A DNA stretch of 64,000 nt from Cycas panzhihuaensis. Lineage: Eukaryota > Plantae > Cycadophyta. The position numbers and the translations under genes were made by a program. This document shows, piece by piece, positions 38,772 to 52,752 of this stretch. The stretch's first letter is position 1, and every line of letters begins with the position of its first letter. The DNA is taken from positions 46,383,741 through 46,447,740 of the forward strand of contig CM041465.1 in the NCBI GenBank assembly GCA_023213395.1, written 5' to 3'. The notes beneath the pieces are model-generated. The model made no database searches and was not told where the DNA came from. It saw only the letters and a program-made list of their open reading frames with translations.

Positions 38772-40380
38772 ATGATAAAGATATATTATGATAAGTATAT
38801 TAAGCTTGGAAGTTAATTCAAGCAGAGGTAGGGATTAGTAAGGTGTTAGTTAGACCACTAGAATTTTCTAAGGAAAAAGATAGATGTGGGATTAGTGATA
38901 AACACCTTTTTATAGGATAAATAATTTAATGGGTGTTGATAAATGAGAAAGTAACTATATAAAATATTTAATGGAAAAAATAGTATTGGTGGTATATAAT
39001 TGTGGGAGGTTAGAATAGACAAGATGAATTTTTATAAGGGGTAACTATTATACTAGTAGATGAAACTTAATAAAGTGAGGATGGAAGGTTTAAAATATCC
39101 CATTGAAGAATGTCTCTAGGGGATGAAATAATGCATAAATATAGAATTAAGTTATGGTTATAAAGGAGGGATATAAGTTGTCCTACAAAGAAACTAGAGT
39201 TAAGGAGACCAGGGGTTTGGCTAGCTATAGGATAGTGGAAAGAGGGTTTCTCTACCACTATTAAGTATGGAAAAGAAAGAGGGCAAATAAAACTACCAAA
39301 CAAAATGTGCATATACAAAACAAGATTAAGAATTGTGTTGAGTACCTTGTAGGGTTTACTTGGGTTTTCAACTCCTTCTACATCCTTTGTAGGCTCTCCT
39401 TCAAACTCTTCCTTGCTCTCAACTAGCATCTTATTAGTTTCTTCTATCAAATGGTCAATCATGATTTACATCTACTTAATCTACTTAGTGCTACTGTTTT
39501 ATTCCCTCTAAACTAGTTCCTCTTCATGTTCCTACAGGGATTCCTAAATCTTCTCATTAATAGTTTATTTTTTCTCTTCTTATTTGTATTTGTCTTTTTG
39601 CTTGACTTCTTTGACCTCTTAAATTTTCTCCTGCACTTACTTCTATTACTTACCAACTAGTTGGAATAACACTTGAAACCAAAACTAATTGAGGGATGTT
39701 ATTACTCTATTATGGCTAAACCAAACCCTTAAATAATCTAAAGCTTCTCTTACCAATGATTATTGGATATGAGGTTTATAAATATTAAATTCTACAACTT
39801 CTAAGAAATCATGATATAATTTGATATGATTAAGCCACTATATGGTTGATGTACTTCCTCCAAAGAAGAATTTTAGACATTTTTCTATTAAGAAGATCCT
39901 TTATAATAATCTTGCAAAGTTCCCTTTTTTTTTCCTATGCCAATAAGAATCACAACTTTAAGGACTAAAATATATACCATGTTTCAATTAAAACTTTACT
40001 ATATAACCATTCAAATCAATTATCTCTGAACTAAGATTCTAATAGTTTAGATGATATTGAAATTTGATACCTATAGTACAAGTTATAGATGAAAATGTTT
40101 AGATACCCTACTTTGAAAAATAAACTAAAAAATAATTAAAAGGTTTAAGCCTCTTTGAACACCAATGCTTGGTCACTTGAGCACTCTCATATAACCAACC
40201 ACCCACTTATGGGAAGGGGGGTTATAAATCTCAAAAAAAGTCCAATCAACTTAAATATATTAAAACATCATAAAAATAGAATTAAATAATCACCCCTTTA
40301 TTTTCTTTGATGTAAGTTTTTAGGCTTCTATTTTTTCCTTTGTTGTTAATTTTAGATTGCTCCTTGATCATTACCTTTGT

Positions 40381-40793
40381 TGTATTCTCCAGGGTTTCCC
40401 TATGATGGACTTCATCTATGTGATCACTTCATTGCATGGTTGAAACACCTTAACTCTATCTCTCGATCAAGATTCTTATTTAAAGGTTATTACTTGATAG
40501 ATCCTAGTAGTTAAAGGATGCATTCTCTAGGGTTTCTGCAGGATGGATTCTATCTTTGTGATCACTCCATTGCATGGTTGAAACACTCTAACTCCATTGC
40601 TCAATTGCGATTCCTATGCAGATGTTATTACTCGATAGCTTTTGATAGTTAAAGGATGAATTTTATAAGGTTTCCCTATGATGGATATTGTCTATGTGAT
40701 CACTCCATTACATGGTTAAAACACACTAATTCTATCACTTGATTATGATTTCCATGCAGATGCTATTTCTTAATAGCTCTTAATAGTCAAAGG
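40381..40793. repeat. Three diverged tandem copies of a ~138-bp unit inside element X
   Basis: Units start at ~40381, 40519 and 40657 and share gtgatcactccattgcatggttgaaacac and tagttaaagga. Confidence 0.92.
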
Positions 40794-42003
40794 GAATATA
40801 TATTCATAAAAAACATTATTCCAGGCATGCCACTCATACAAGGGAGTCACACCCTTCTTTTCATGATGTTAGGTACCTACTACATGCATGTAGATAGGTG
40901 TATATCCTCACTAATTTATCTAGTAGTATCTCCTCTATAGACTCATTACATGTCATCCCTTAACATAGACCCATGATCACTCCTCAATCGATGTAATGGG
41001 CTTATGTAATCCTACTACTATGGGTTTTACTCATGACCACATAATGAACACCACTCGTAGGCATGTAAACACTGCCTTGGATTCCTCTACTAAGGGTTCC
41101 CTTGTATATTATGTAGAAACCAATAATCTTTATAGTATATTACAGAGACCCCACCCATGCAACATGAAAATGAATAGGTACTAGACCATAGCTTTAGACA
41201 AATGTAGATTAGGTAGAAAAATGTAGATATGGCTTACCTAAATTTTATTGCTAATCAATGCTATGAAATACTTTATAGAGATGACATTGAGATAATATAC
41301 TTTTACTTGGGTTATAATTCCATAGAAGTAATAGTTAACCCAGTATACCAGGTATTCCTTTAGTATGTAAGAAAAGGGACATGTTATCACCAGAACTTAT
41401 GAATGATAGATTTTTGAACTTCCTCTAATAAGAAATTAGATGTAATTTCCCACAATGTAAATTTCTATTCTTTGATGGAAAATCCAGGCTCTTTTTCACC
41501 TTGGTTCTCATACCAATTATAGTAGAATCCATTCACATAAAATAGAATTGATAATATTCATAACAAATATCTCTAAATGGTAATAATTTAGCAAAAATAT
41601 ACCATATTCATCTAATAGATTTCCATCCTAAAAATAAATTAAATCATTCCCATACTAATGTCATGAAGTACAATAATAACATGTAATAAGAGTAATGTAA
41701 TAACCTAATAAAATATCTAGTAGCAATTATTCCCTCTTTAAGGGGAGGGGTGTCCTCTAATTTGGCACAGTGTGCCCTAGTGGCATAAGGCTATTAGTCT
41801 AAAAAGATTAAATTCTCTAGGATAATTACAAATGACTAAGGCTCTTATATTTATAACCTTATTTTTCTCTACTTAAACTATCTCCTTATTATCTCTCCTA
41901 AAAATACCAACTTTATATAAAATGAGTATCAAATAATGCTTTCTTTATCCTTTTAAAAATTGACTTCATCAACTTCTTCTAATTTTTAGAGCATAATAAT
42001 ATG

Positions 42004-45000
42004 GCTTCCTCTTATTTCAAAGAGATAGGGGTATTGTTATTGTATTTTACTTTTTAACTCGCATGTTGCCTCTTTTAATGTTAAGTGCTTCTATTATACT
42101 TTGACCTTCTTGATGTTCCTATTACTTAATATCTTTTCTCTTTGATCCAAGATCCTTAAGGGATTTCTTTAAAATTTATGATTGATCTAGCTATGATATT
42201 AGTCTAGTTGAATGAATGCTTTGAATTTCATATGTATTTCTTTAGTAATAAGATATTAAACAGATTATAAATTTGAAGATTTAGGGGTAGGGAAATCCTA
42301 TAGGTGACTTTTCCTATTCTCTCTAAGATCTCAAATGGACCATAGTACCTTGGTGATAGTGTTTTGTGCTTACTTAAGTCAAATAAACTATTCTTAGGTC
42401 TTACTCATAGGAATAAATGATCACCAACTTGAACTCTTGTGCTATCCTTTTTAGATTTTCATAGCTCTTTTACCTATCTTGAACTATCTTTAGCTATAAT
42501 ATAATGTTAGTTGCTTATCTATCTTCTATAATATTTTAGAGCCTAATATGTGTTTATTCTCAATATTCTCCCAATGAATGGGTTTGTTATATCTTATTTC
42601 ATTTAATGCTTTAAAATTAATCATACCCAAATATAAATGAATGCCATTATTATAGCTAAATCCATCCAAGTGGAGATGGTTCTCCCAACCAAATGGTTAT
42701 TTCATTATGTACATTCATGTTAAATCTTTAAGAACTTAATTTTCCCTTTCTGTTTACCCATGAGTTTCTAGATGGTATGTTGTACTAAATTTTAGCTTTA
42801 GTCCTAACTCTTGAAATATGGATTGCCAAAATTTTGAAGTGAATTTTAACATCTTTATATGATATAATGGCTTTTGAAATACCTTGTAATCTCACAATTT
42901 ATATCATAAAAGTAGAAGCTATATTAGAAGAAATATAAATAGTGCATATTAGAATAAAGTGTGTTAATATTATTAACTTATCCACTACTACCATAATGGT
43001 ATCATGTTGTCAGAAACGCTTTGGTAAACCTATGGTAAAATCCCTAGTAATTATTTCCCATGTCTATTTTAGAATTTCTAATGGTTGTAGCTTTTTTTTT
43101 TTTTAATTCTTGTTCTCTATGTTAACTCTTTGGTGTGATAGACACTTCATTATAAAACTCATAATATCACTATTTATACTTGGCTAATAAAACAATTTTT
43201 TCACTAATGCATAAGTTTCATGATAACTAAGATGACCTAAATATAATATAACATGGGCCTTGTGGATGATTAAATTCCTAATTTCTAAATCCTAAGGCAT
43301 ATAGATTCATTGTTATAAGATTAGTATATCACTTTTTGCTAATTAGAAATCTATGTACTTTCTCAAGAGTTTGACTTTCACATTGAATTGAGCATGTTGA
43401 CTTTACAAGAACTCCTTAACTTGCCCATATAATTCATCTTTCCTATGTGCTTTTAAAATGGAGTTAATAAAGTCAAGTTATTATATACTCATTGCAACAA
43501 CATACTTATGTTGACTTAAAGTATCAACCACTTTTTTTTTGCCCTTAATATATTATGGTTGAAAATCATACCCATATAAACATTCTGTCCACCTAAGCTA
43601 TGTTGCATTAAGGTGTAGTTGTGTGACTATATGCTTGAGACTATCATAATTTATATGAAACTTAGAAAGCTTTTTCCTAGTGAGTAATACCTTCATACTT
43701 TAAGTGATTGTATAACTATTACAAGCTTTAAAACATGAATAGGATATTTTCTTTTGTGATTCTTCAATTTTTTAAACTCATAAGAAACAACTTGGCTGCC
43801 TTGTATTAAAATTACACTAAAACCTTTGACACTTGTATTAGTAGAAACTAAGAATTCCGCACTCAAATTGAGTATAATAAGTATGGTAGCAATTATTAGT
43901 AACTACTTTAATAGCTAAAAGCTTTCTTTATGCAAATTTATCCATATAAAATTTATCCCCTCATTTTGTAAAGAAGTGATAAGACCTACATTTATGGAAA
44001 TAATTTCAACATAGTTTTGGCAATAACTTGCAATATCCATAAGATGCACCTCATAGGTGTTCTTAGGTGGCAACCAATTTATGATTGCTATGATCTTTTG
44101 TAGGTCAATAAAAATACATGCTTCTAAGATAATATGTCCTAAGTAATGCACTTCTTCTTTATAAAAATCATATTTTCTTAACTTGGCATATAACCTATGT
44201 TCTCTAAGAAGTTATAACACAATATGAAAATGCTCTTTATGTTCTTCTTCAGTCTTCAAATAGATTAAGATGTGATTAATGGATATGATGATGAATTTGT
44301 CCAAGTACTTTCTGAATATGTTATGCATTAAGTACATGAATATAAAAAGTGTATTAGTTAAACTAAATGGCATTACCAAAAATTTATAATGCCTATACCT
44401 TATCTTAATAGTTATTTTGATGATATTATCCTCCTTGATTCTAATTTAATAATAGTTGGATCTTGAATCTATTTTGGTAAAAAACTTCTCTCCTTTCATT
44501 TGAATAAATAAGTCTAAAATTCTATGAAAGGGATATTTGTTATTGATTATTTCCTTATTTAGCCAATTAAAATTTATATATAGTATTTCTTCACAAATAA
44601 AACATGTGCTCCCTATTATGAAATAACAAGTTTAATGAGACCTTTGTTAAGTAGATCTTACAGTTTCATCTTCAATTCCATTGCATTGGAGAGTAGCTCC
44701 ATTTTTAGCACAAACTCAATCACATAATCAATATCCTTCTTGGGTAGCAACCTTGGAAGCTCATTTAGAAACATACCCTTGAACTCTTAAATAATAGGGA
44801 GATCTTCAAGTATGTGTCCCTTAAGAGTTTCTCCCTCATTAACATGTGAAACATGTGATTGGAATCCCTTCCTTGAGAATTTATTCACTTGCCTTGAACT
44901 TTATTGTAGTGCTTATACTATGATAAATTGATGATAAACTTACCTCCCTTTGATTACTACATGTACTTATATATCACCTTCTTCCTAAATCATATTTTAT

Positions 45001-46307
45001 AGTATAGGCTATATTTTAATATTATGGTCTCTACCTTATAATCCTAATCCTTAAAAAAATTTTTTTGGTGAAATGCCCCCACTCATTGCACTAATAGGAT
45101 CTAGCATCTCCCACATTCATAGGACCATTACTATTTGGTAATTTAGGTCTTGGGTTACCTATTAGGTGATTGAAGATACCTATTCCTTGATTGTATGGTG
45201 GGGATTTATGTGGTAGAGGACTAAAATTTCCCCTTCATTAGTCATACCTTTTATGGAATTTTTCTTTCCATATAACTTGATTATCATAAGACTTCTTGAT
45301 GCAATCTTTAAAATGCCCAACCTTGTAAATTGCTCCATTTAAGGTCTTAGTTTTTTGAATCCCCATTGATTTCTGGATAGGATCATTTATACCTTGAAGA
45401 AAGCTTTGTGTCTTTATCTTTTATTATTGGACATAAGTTATATATTAAAGGAGTTCCGTGAATTGCATTTTGTATTCAGTAGCAGACATCCTTCCCTATC
45501 TTAGACAATGTAAGGAGCTAGCCTTGTTATTAAAATATTATTCTAAGAGGTATATCTTTAAGTATTTAATATCCTTCACCCTCTTATGGTGCTCTCACTA
45601 TAATACTATAAACTATAATTCTTAATTTCTTATTAAAACTATATTAATTTAATCTAGAGTACTTTTTAAAACCAAGCAACCATGCTTCTACTTTACCTTC
45701 ACTTTAAGTTTCTCCATTGAAGGTAAGATATTTTACCTTTCTTATTTTTAATAGAATCCCCTTTCTTCTACCTTTATGCTCTCCTTGTGTTACTCTTAGG
45801 GTACCACTAGAAGACTTAATACTAATGGAATGATGCTCCCCATCACTATTGAGGGTCCTTCTCTTTTGTCTTCTACTTAAATGCTCATGAGTTTATGGTT
45901 ATTACATTCTACCTCTCCTTCCATTGCTCCTAGTGGGTTAATACCACTTATCTTACCTATCTTGATCAATGGTTTATTAAAAGTTATGGAGCATTGCCTT
46001 ATGGTTCTTCATAATAATGTCATACACCCTTATAATCCTTTCATTATCTTCTTTGTATTATAAGCTAAGCATAGTCCCTACTAAGTTAATCAAAATGTCA
46101 TTATATTGATTCTCTCCATGTCATTAAATTTATTTAGCTCTAACATCTTTAGTGCTCTCTTTATTTTCCTTGAGCTACCCTTAAATTAATCGTATACTAG
46201 ATTCTTCCTCTCCTAATGATGATTTCTATTTACTTGTGTGATCCCTTTCTAAATCTTTGATAATTTCCTATTAATGTGCTTGTTATTAACCTTATGCTTT
46301 AATACTA
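42004..46307 (-). mobile_element. Gypsy Y, Tekay/Del-like chromovirus internal region (gag-RT-RH-INT), heavily decayed
   Basis: Gag LTFNGET*SEGKVEAWLLG ~45660-45730, RT HYLGHII...INWLPPKN 43915-44151, integrase LSPRYYGPFEILERIG ~42310-42360. Decayed PBS (TAGTATTAAAGC on minus) at 46296-46307. PPT-like ~42004-42020. Confidence 0.85.
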
Positions 46308-46919
46308 GCTATAAGGGTCTAGTCCCTTTAGACTTGAGTCACCCTTACCCTTCCTAGCTAGAACTCACTTGAATTAGCCAACTAAGGCTAGCACCTACTA
46401 TCATAACTTGAAATGAAGAAGCTTAATTAGAGTATCTCATGTACATTAAAATATATTTTTCCAATAGATGTAACAAGTCTAAGTGGATATGGATGCTTTA
46501 AAATTATGACTAGATTACTTCTAATAATATTATTAATAAATACAAATAACAAGCTAATATGAGTCAAACACTAGACCAACTTGTAAGAAATGCCTTAAGG
46601 GAAAAAATAACTAGATTGCTTAGGTGGATTCACTACCTAAAACCATTTAAAATCTTGAGAATGAAGTCACCCTTGTACTAGAATATGTGATATGTACAAT
46701 GGAGTTTTCATAATTCTATCAACATGCAATCCTAATTCTGCTTCAATGACTGCTCTATTTACTCTATTGTAAATATAAGCTACTATAATATTCAAATTTT
46801 CTACATAATAGTTCACCTTTTAAATCTTTAATATGTAATTAGAATTTTTGTAATATTAAGTCTCCCACTTAACACTTGTATTTTAAGACTTAACCATATA
46901 ATGCCATATCATATATGGT

Positions 46920-48450
46920 CCACCACTTAATCAATCTCCTAGAACTATCTCATAGTATCCTATCTTGTATGTCCCACTAATTCAAACGTGTTTCATACCA
47001 CATAAGACTTACTCATACAAAATCTCATAATTATTAAATTATTAGAATGGCACTCTTGATCACGGTTACTAGAAAAAACCCTCAATCATTTTGTCAAGAT
47101 ATTAGTAGAGAACTTTTGGTCATGGTTACTAATAAAGTCTCTTAGTCATTCTATCATACCACTAGAGTCTCTTAGTCATGGTTACTAGTAGGGTATTCTT
47201 GGTCATTTAATCTTATAATCTCAATGAAGGATACCTTATGAAATAAGTTCTTTCAATAGATAAGTAGGGCAAGGCTATAAGACTCACATATTTTCAAACA
47301 TTATGCCTATTAACATAGCCCTATGAGATTAAAAAAATAATTCATATACATATTTATGACACCTAGTAATCAAGACCTTTTCATGGTTTGAACATAATCA
47401 ATTAAGAGATATAGTTCATAATGGAGAGTGCCTTCTAGAATTGTAGTTCTAGGATATGATTTCATATAGTAAATAATGCACATGAACCTTCTTATATTAA
47501 TTGCCTACCTCTAAATTTAATCTTCCTACTCATTCAATTGTGAGAATTCAAAGAAACTAACACCATTAGATTTAGATACCTCCCTTTTATGAACATGGTG
47601 AAACTCAAATTTAGAACTCAAATCTAACCCTTATAAAAATCATTTGGTTGCTCACTAGCTCTCTACATCATTTTCCTATACCAAAAACTATATGCATCAA
47701 AACTCTCTTCTTATAAATGGCTTAAGATGATTTTCATAAGAAGAATAATGACCCCCTTTGTATTCTTCCTCCTTAGACTAATACTCCTCTCCCTAAGCAT
47801 AAGTTGGCCTACTCTCATTAATTCCATTAAGATAGAGTGAAAATATTAGAGCAAGGTCACTACAATAGTTATCAAAGTTATGGAAGTTAGCAAAACTATC
47901 AGTTGTTATTATGTATAATTAGTTAAAACATCTTCTTATGAAGAATTCCATAATTGTCTCTACTTACCTAAGTATACAGACACCTCTATTGAAACTCCAA
48001 CAAGATTAGTTTAACCTAAAACTATCAATAAATGAGAAAGTTATAGATAAAAAAGCATGAGGCATTATGCTTGCAACCATTCTTGCTCTTAGAACTCTTT
48101 GAAAACTTCCCAATTACAAGTAGCATTTAGGTGTCATCTATTAATTGGTTTGGTAGATTTCTCTCTCATAAACTCTTTGTTCATTCATACTTTCATATAC
48201 CTATGAGTTCCCTCTTTCACTAGGCCTCTCAATGCTCATTGTATGCTTAAATCTATCTGTGGTGTTTTAATTATATTTTGCTTCCTCATACATGCAAATT
48301 TCTAACTCATCCCTCAAATATTTTCTTATAATTCTATGAGATATAAGTTGTGAGTTCAAGACTTGTGCTTCCTAACTCATGCTTGCAACCTTCAATAGTT
48401 AACAACTACCCTCTTCCTTCACAAGTTAGGACTTACAAGTTAATGAGTAA
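46920..48450. repeat. Old non-coding dispersed repeat, copy 2 (resumes at 59183 after element Z)
   Basis: Homologous to 26370-27910; the continuation 59183-59230 matches ~27910-27960. Confidence 0.8.
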
Positions 48451-51400
48451 TATGGTAAGCTTTCACTACATGTTAGAGGGTTAATATATCAGGAGGTTAA
48501 GTGTTAAGGAGGTTAAAGTTAAGAGTATTTAATAATAGGGGAAATATATGATTGGTTAGCTTAGTGGTAGAATAATATAATAATGGGGAGATCCTCCTAT
48601 AAATATAATACACCCACCTCATATAAGGCTATGTTACTTAATATAATTATATTAGGGTTCACTTTAGTGTCCTTTGGTTCTCTTTTAGTGCTCTTCACAT
48701 CCATCAACCACTCCATCTACCTACATCAAATTTTCACTTATCTTTCTCTTATTTTGTATATTGTATGGGTAACAAAGGCAATCCTACTGTATATGGTATT
48801 AAAACAACGTTAGATGGTAATCTTTTTTTCTATTATAGTGTAGGGTTTGAAGGCATATCTAGGTGTACGTTGGGATAATGGCCATCCTCAACATGTGTAT
48901 GCATGCACCTAGGGCCCCCAAAAGCCACCTAGACCCGCCTAGTACCCACCAGATCTAACATCCAATCATTTATGAGTATACCAAGGTAGGTACTATGTTT
49001 ATTTTATTTAATTTATTATTATTATTTTGAATTATTGAGTAGAGGTATTTACCACCTATCTCCCTAGTGTTTTTTAACACCACCAACCATTCAGAAGTGA
49101 TTATTAACTCAAATATGTATTCTACTTTGTAATCTACAGTCTGCTCTACTCCTTGCACCTTCATTTAGTATTAGAGTGTTGATCTACCTTCATAGTAAGC
49201 ATATATTTTGATAATACATCACTTTTATATAGTTTTATTAATATTTTTTATATAGTTTTTGTTAATATTTAGCTATAATTGATATGTATGCTCCATTTGA
49301 TTAGCATTTCTTTAATTTTTATAGCTATAGTATGTGAATTCATCCCAGTAGTCATTTGGTGTAATTATTTTAAAGTTTCATTTGATATTTTTTGAGATTT
49401 TAATCATTTTCCATCAATTTTTTTAAGGATTTTTTAAGTTCTTGAACTTTGGAAGGCTACTGTAAACTCCAAGCTACTCAGAACCACATCAAATGACCAC
49501 TTGTTGGATTCATATCTAAGTCCTCTATGCTCCAAAAAAGACAGTTTGAAAAACTATCACTCATATAGTGAGTTATAGCTCTTAGAAGCTCAATGTATCA
49601 TGTTGTCTCCTAAAACCCCCAGACATTAAAGTTGACATCACTTCGTTTAGATTTATTTCTCACAAGTTTTCTCTAAAACTTAGTAGAAAGGTATTTTTGA
49701 GCATGTAGAATCTATTCGTGATGTTTTTTTTGCCCAGTTTTAGCCATATGAACCCTACACCCTCCTTAGTCTCTCGATATTTAGTAGGCTCATTCTTATT
49801 CTGTGCTTATCTATTTCTCTTAAAATTTTAGGGACACCTAGACATCGACAAGATCAAGCCACCTCTATGTTTTTGTCATGTTTTATTACTCTAGTGAGAA
49901 TAATGAGCTCCTAGAGTGACCACTATTTATGTGCTCTTCATTCTGTTAGTTTTCAATAGTATTTATTAAAAAATTATATTTTTTTGAGATATTTCTTAGT
50001 GATTTGCCCTCTATGTCCTCTATCCACTGTGTGACTTATGTGGGCTTCTCTTCATCAAAATTCCATTTATTTTTGAAGTTTTTTTCTCTGTTCTTCATCA
50101 AAGATCTGTTGCACCCTCCTCTGCATCAATCTGGATCGATTTCAGGTTAATTTCATTGAGTTTCAACAAACGTTTTTGCCTCTACATCACCTTTTTTTTA
50201 TGGCCAAGTATTTTCATTAAAATTTTTAATTTTTTTTAAAGGTTTCAATTAAATTTAATCCTTATTTAAGATACATTATTTTTGGGTTTAAGTCCCCTTC
50301 ATCCACTAGCTCAGGGTCCCATTTGGGATCCATACGATCCTAATCTTTGGTAGATTTCAATTTTGAATAAGTTTGTTTGATTTTTTTTTGGTATTTCCAA
50401 AACTTTTATTAGTTATTTGATAAATTTTAAGATTCATGACCCCCTTAGGGTTATAGTCGCTAGTCCCGTGCCTCCTCATATGACTAGTAGTCCATTTACA
50501 AAGGGGCTAAACTTCAATATATTCATTTTTTAATTTTTTACCTAAATAAGACTACTTACATTTTTAGCCATATCCCAGCGCCAGGGAGTCAGATTTTTAA
50601 TTTGCTAGACCCGTTGGATTCTTGACTTAGAGATATATAACTTATAGTCCTCATTTGCTTGATTTGAGCCACTATTTATAGAGTTTGATCATGTTAAAAT
50701 TGACCTTCATTTATTGTTAATATTACATTAGCCATAAATAGATCTTTTTATTGTTTCATTAATAACTTGAGTTCTATAGCTATGTTTCTCAAGCTATCTA
50801 AAATGTTAGAAAGTTTTTTTAGAGATCTTCGTAATAGAATAGGTTTCATCTTATTCTAACATCATTTTATAGGTCATCGATATCCTTAAAGTGAAGGCTT
50901 TGTTTCAATCATAGTTTGACATTTTTAGAGATATTTTGAGCCAAAATTTCTTTCCAACTAAATAGATTTGATTGATATTTATATACTAACTAATTATTGA
51001 CAATATTTTCTAGTGTTTATAAGATTTTCAAGCTATTTTGTACCTTTTTAGCATCTTTTTTGGCTTCTAGAGTAGCAAGAGCCCTATTCAGACAAAAAAC
51101 TATAAACGGGTACCTCTTACCTTATTATTTTCTTTCCACTACATCTAAAAGTGAATCTAAGTAGGTTTTGTGTTTGTTTAAGGAGTTTTCCTAGAGGATT
51201 TATGCCTATTTAAGTCTATTTACCTTTTTAAATGCTTCAAAAGATACACCTTATTTACAAAAGAATCCAACTAAAGAGCTCACTTACCTTTTACTTACAT
51301 TACATCCAAAAGTATTTACAAGTAATCTTATTCACTTTAAGGTCATTATTTCATAAGTTGAAGGAAATTTTATTTGCTTTAAGGCCCTCATACTTCTTAA

Positions 51401-52752
51401 AATCGTATAAGTACATTACATTGCATAAATTATTAGTTTTGATCCTTTTAAAGCTTTAAGGCTCCCTTTTATTCAAGGATATCATTGCACATTTATATAC
51501 ATCATCTTTCATTATAAGGTTTCTTATATACATCCTTGTCAAAAATATTATAAGGCCTCTTATATTCATCTTTGTTGGAAAAGATTGTAAGCTATACATT
51601 GGTCTCCATTTCAAATCTTATTAGCTTTAAGTATTAATTAGCCATCTTATTGAAAGAAGATTGAAAGGTTCATCTCCTTGATTTATTTCACTTATAGTTT
51701 CAAATTGATTCATTGAAATAATCTCATTCAAGGTGCATATAGTCATTGAAAGCTGTTTAAAGTTATTTTTGTAAGGATCTTCTTCATTTAAAAGATAAAT
51801 ATTGCATAAGAAAATCTTGCTTGTATTTCATTGTTAAGATATCTTTGCATTAAGGCATTCGATTGAAAAAACATACGTACAATTTTTAGCTTTCCTTCTT
51901 TACAAGCAAGTTATTTTATTGTTCAAGGAGAATTCTTTAAAATTGAAAAAGAATAGTTGCATACTTATATCCATTGAAAGGAAATAGTTTAATCTTTGAT
52001 TTCATTTATCAATAGTGAGTTGATTTTAAAGCATTGATTATGTTTTCATTTGAAATTACATTTAGTCTTACTTATTTCAAGTTCATTTATTTCTTGATAT
52101 CAAAAGGAATCTCTTATTATTTAAGCAAGACCACATCTAATATATTATTTTCACATTAAATAAGATAATCACCTAAATCAACCACTCATTTTTCCAACCT
52201 TGTAAGGGGAATTGTTAGGACCCCTAAAGTTACCACCATGCATACGCCTTTGGCCTACTCATATTAGATGAGGAATGTCACTAGCTAGCAGGTGTATTAG
52301 GTGGTAGGCTAAGGTGTAGAATTTATCTATATTTCTAGAGTTTGGAGACCAAGGCTAGACTTAGAGAGGGTGAGTGCCTTGGTTAGCAAGTCCATCATCA
52401 TTAAATCTATCGCTAGGCATAAGATTAGTATAGGTAGACACATAAATTAAGGGGGTCTTAACACCTTCTTAACACCCTATATGCTGAGGTATATTGAGCT
52501 TAAAGCTCACATACTAGTATATTAGGTCCTTGGTTTTCCACTTGTAGGTAGGCACCACTAGACAGGATAGTAACTGTAGGATTCCCTTGGGACTTGGAGC
52601 CTAGAAAGCTTTGTAAGGATGAGGACACTCATTAAACACTTGGGAAAACTTTAAAACTTTATTTTTGGGTCAAGTTTTTAAAACCTTATTTGGACATTAT
52701 ATCTTTAAAGGTATTCTTATTAGAGGACTTAACAAAACCTAATTGAGACATA

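Larger units (their letters stand above)
28667..41998 (-). mobile_element. LTR element X (probably non-autonomous, Gypsy-type), host of Gypsy A2
   Basis: LTRs ~28667-29148 and ~41518-41998. PBS-like ggttctcatacca at 41503-41515 (TGGTATGAGAACC on minus). PPT ~29150-29162. TSD imperfect (taatg/atatg). No recognisable pol in the internal region. Confidence 0.7.

Noticed and set aside
39067-39462. 131-aa minus-strand ORF as a host gene
   Set aside because: It lies inside element X, and I see no recognisable domain or exon structure.
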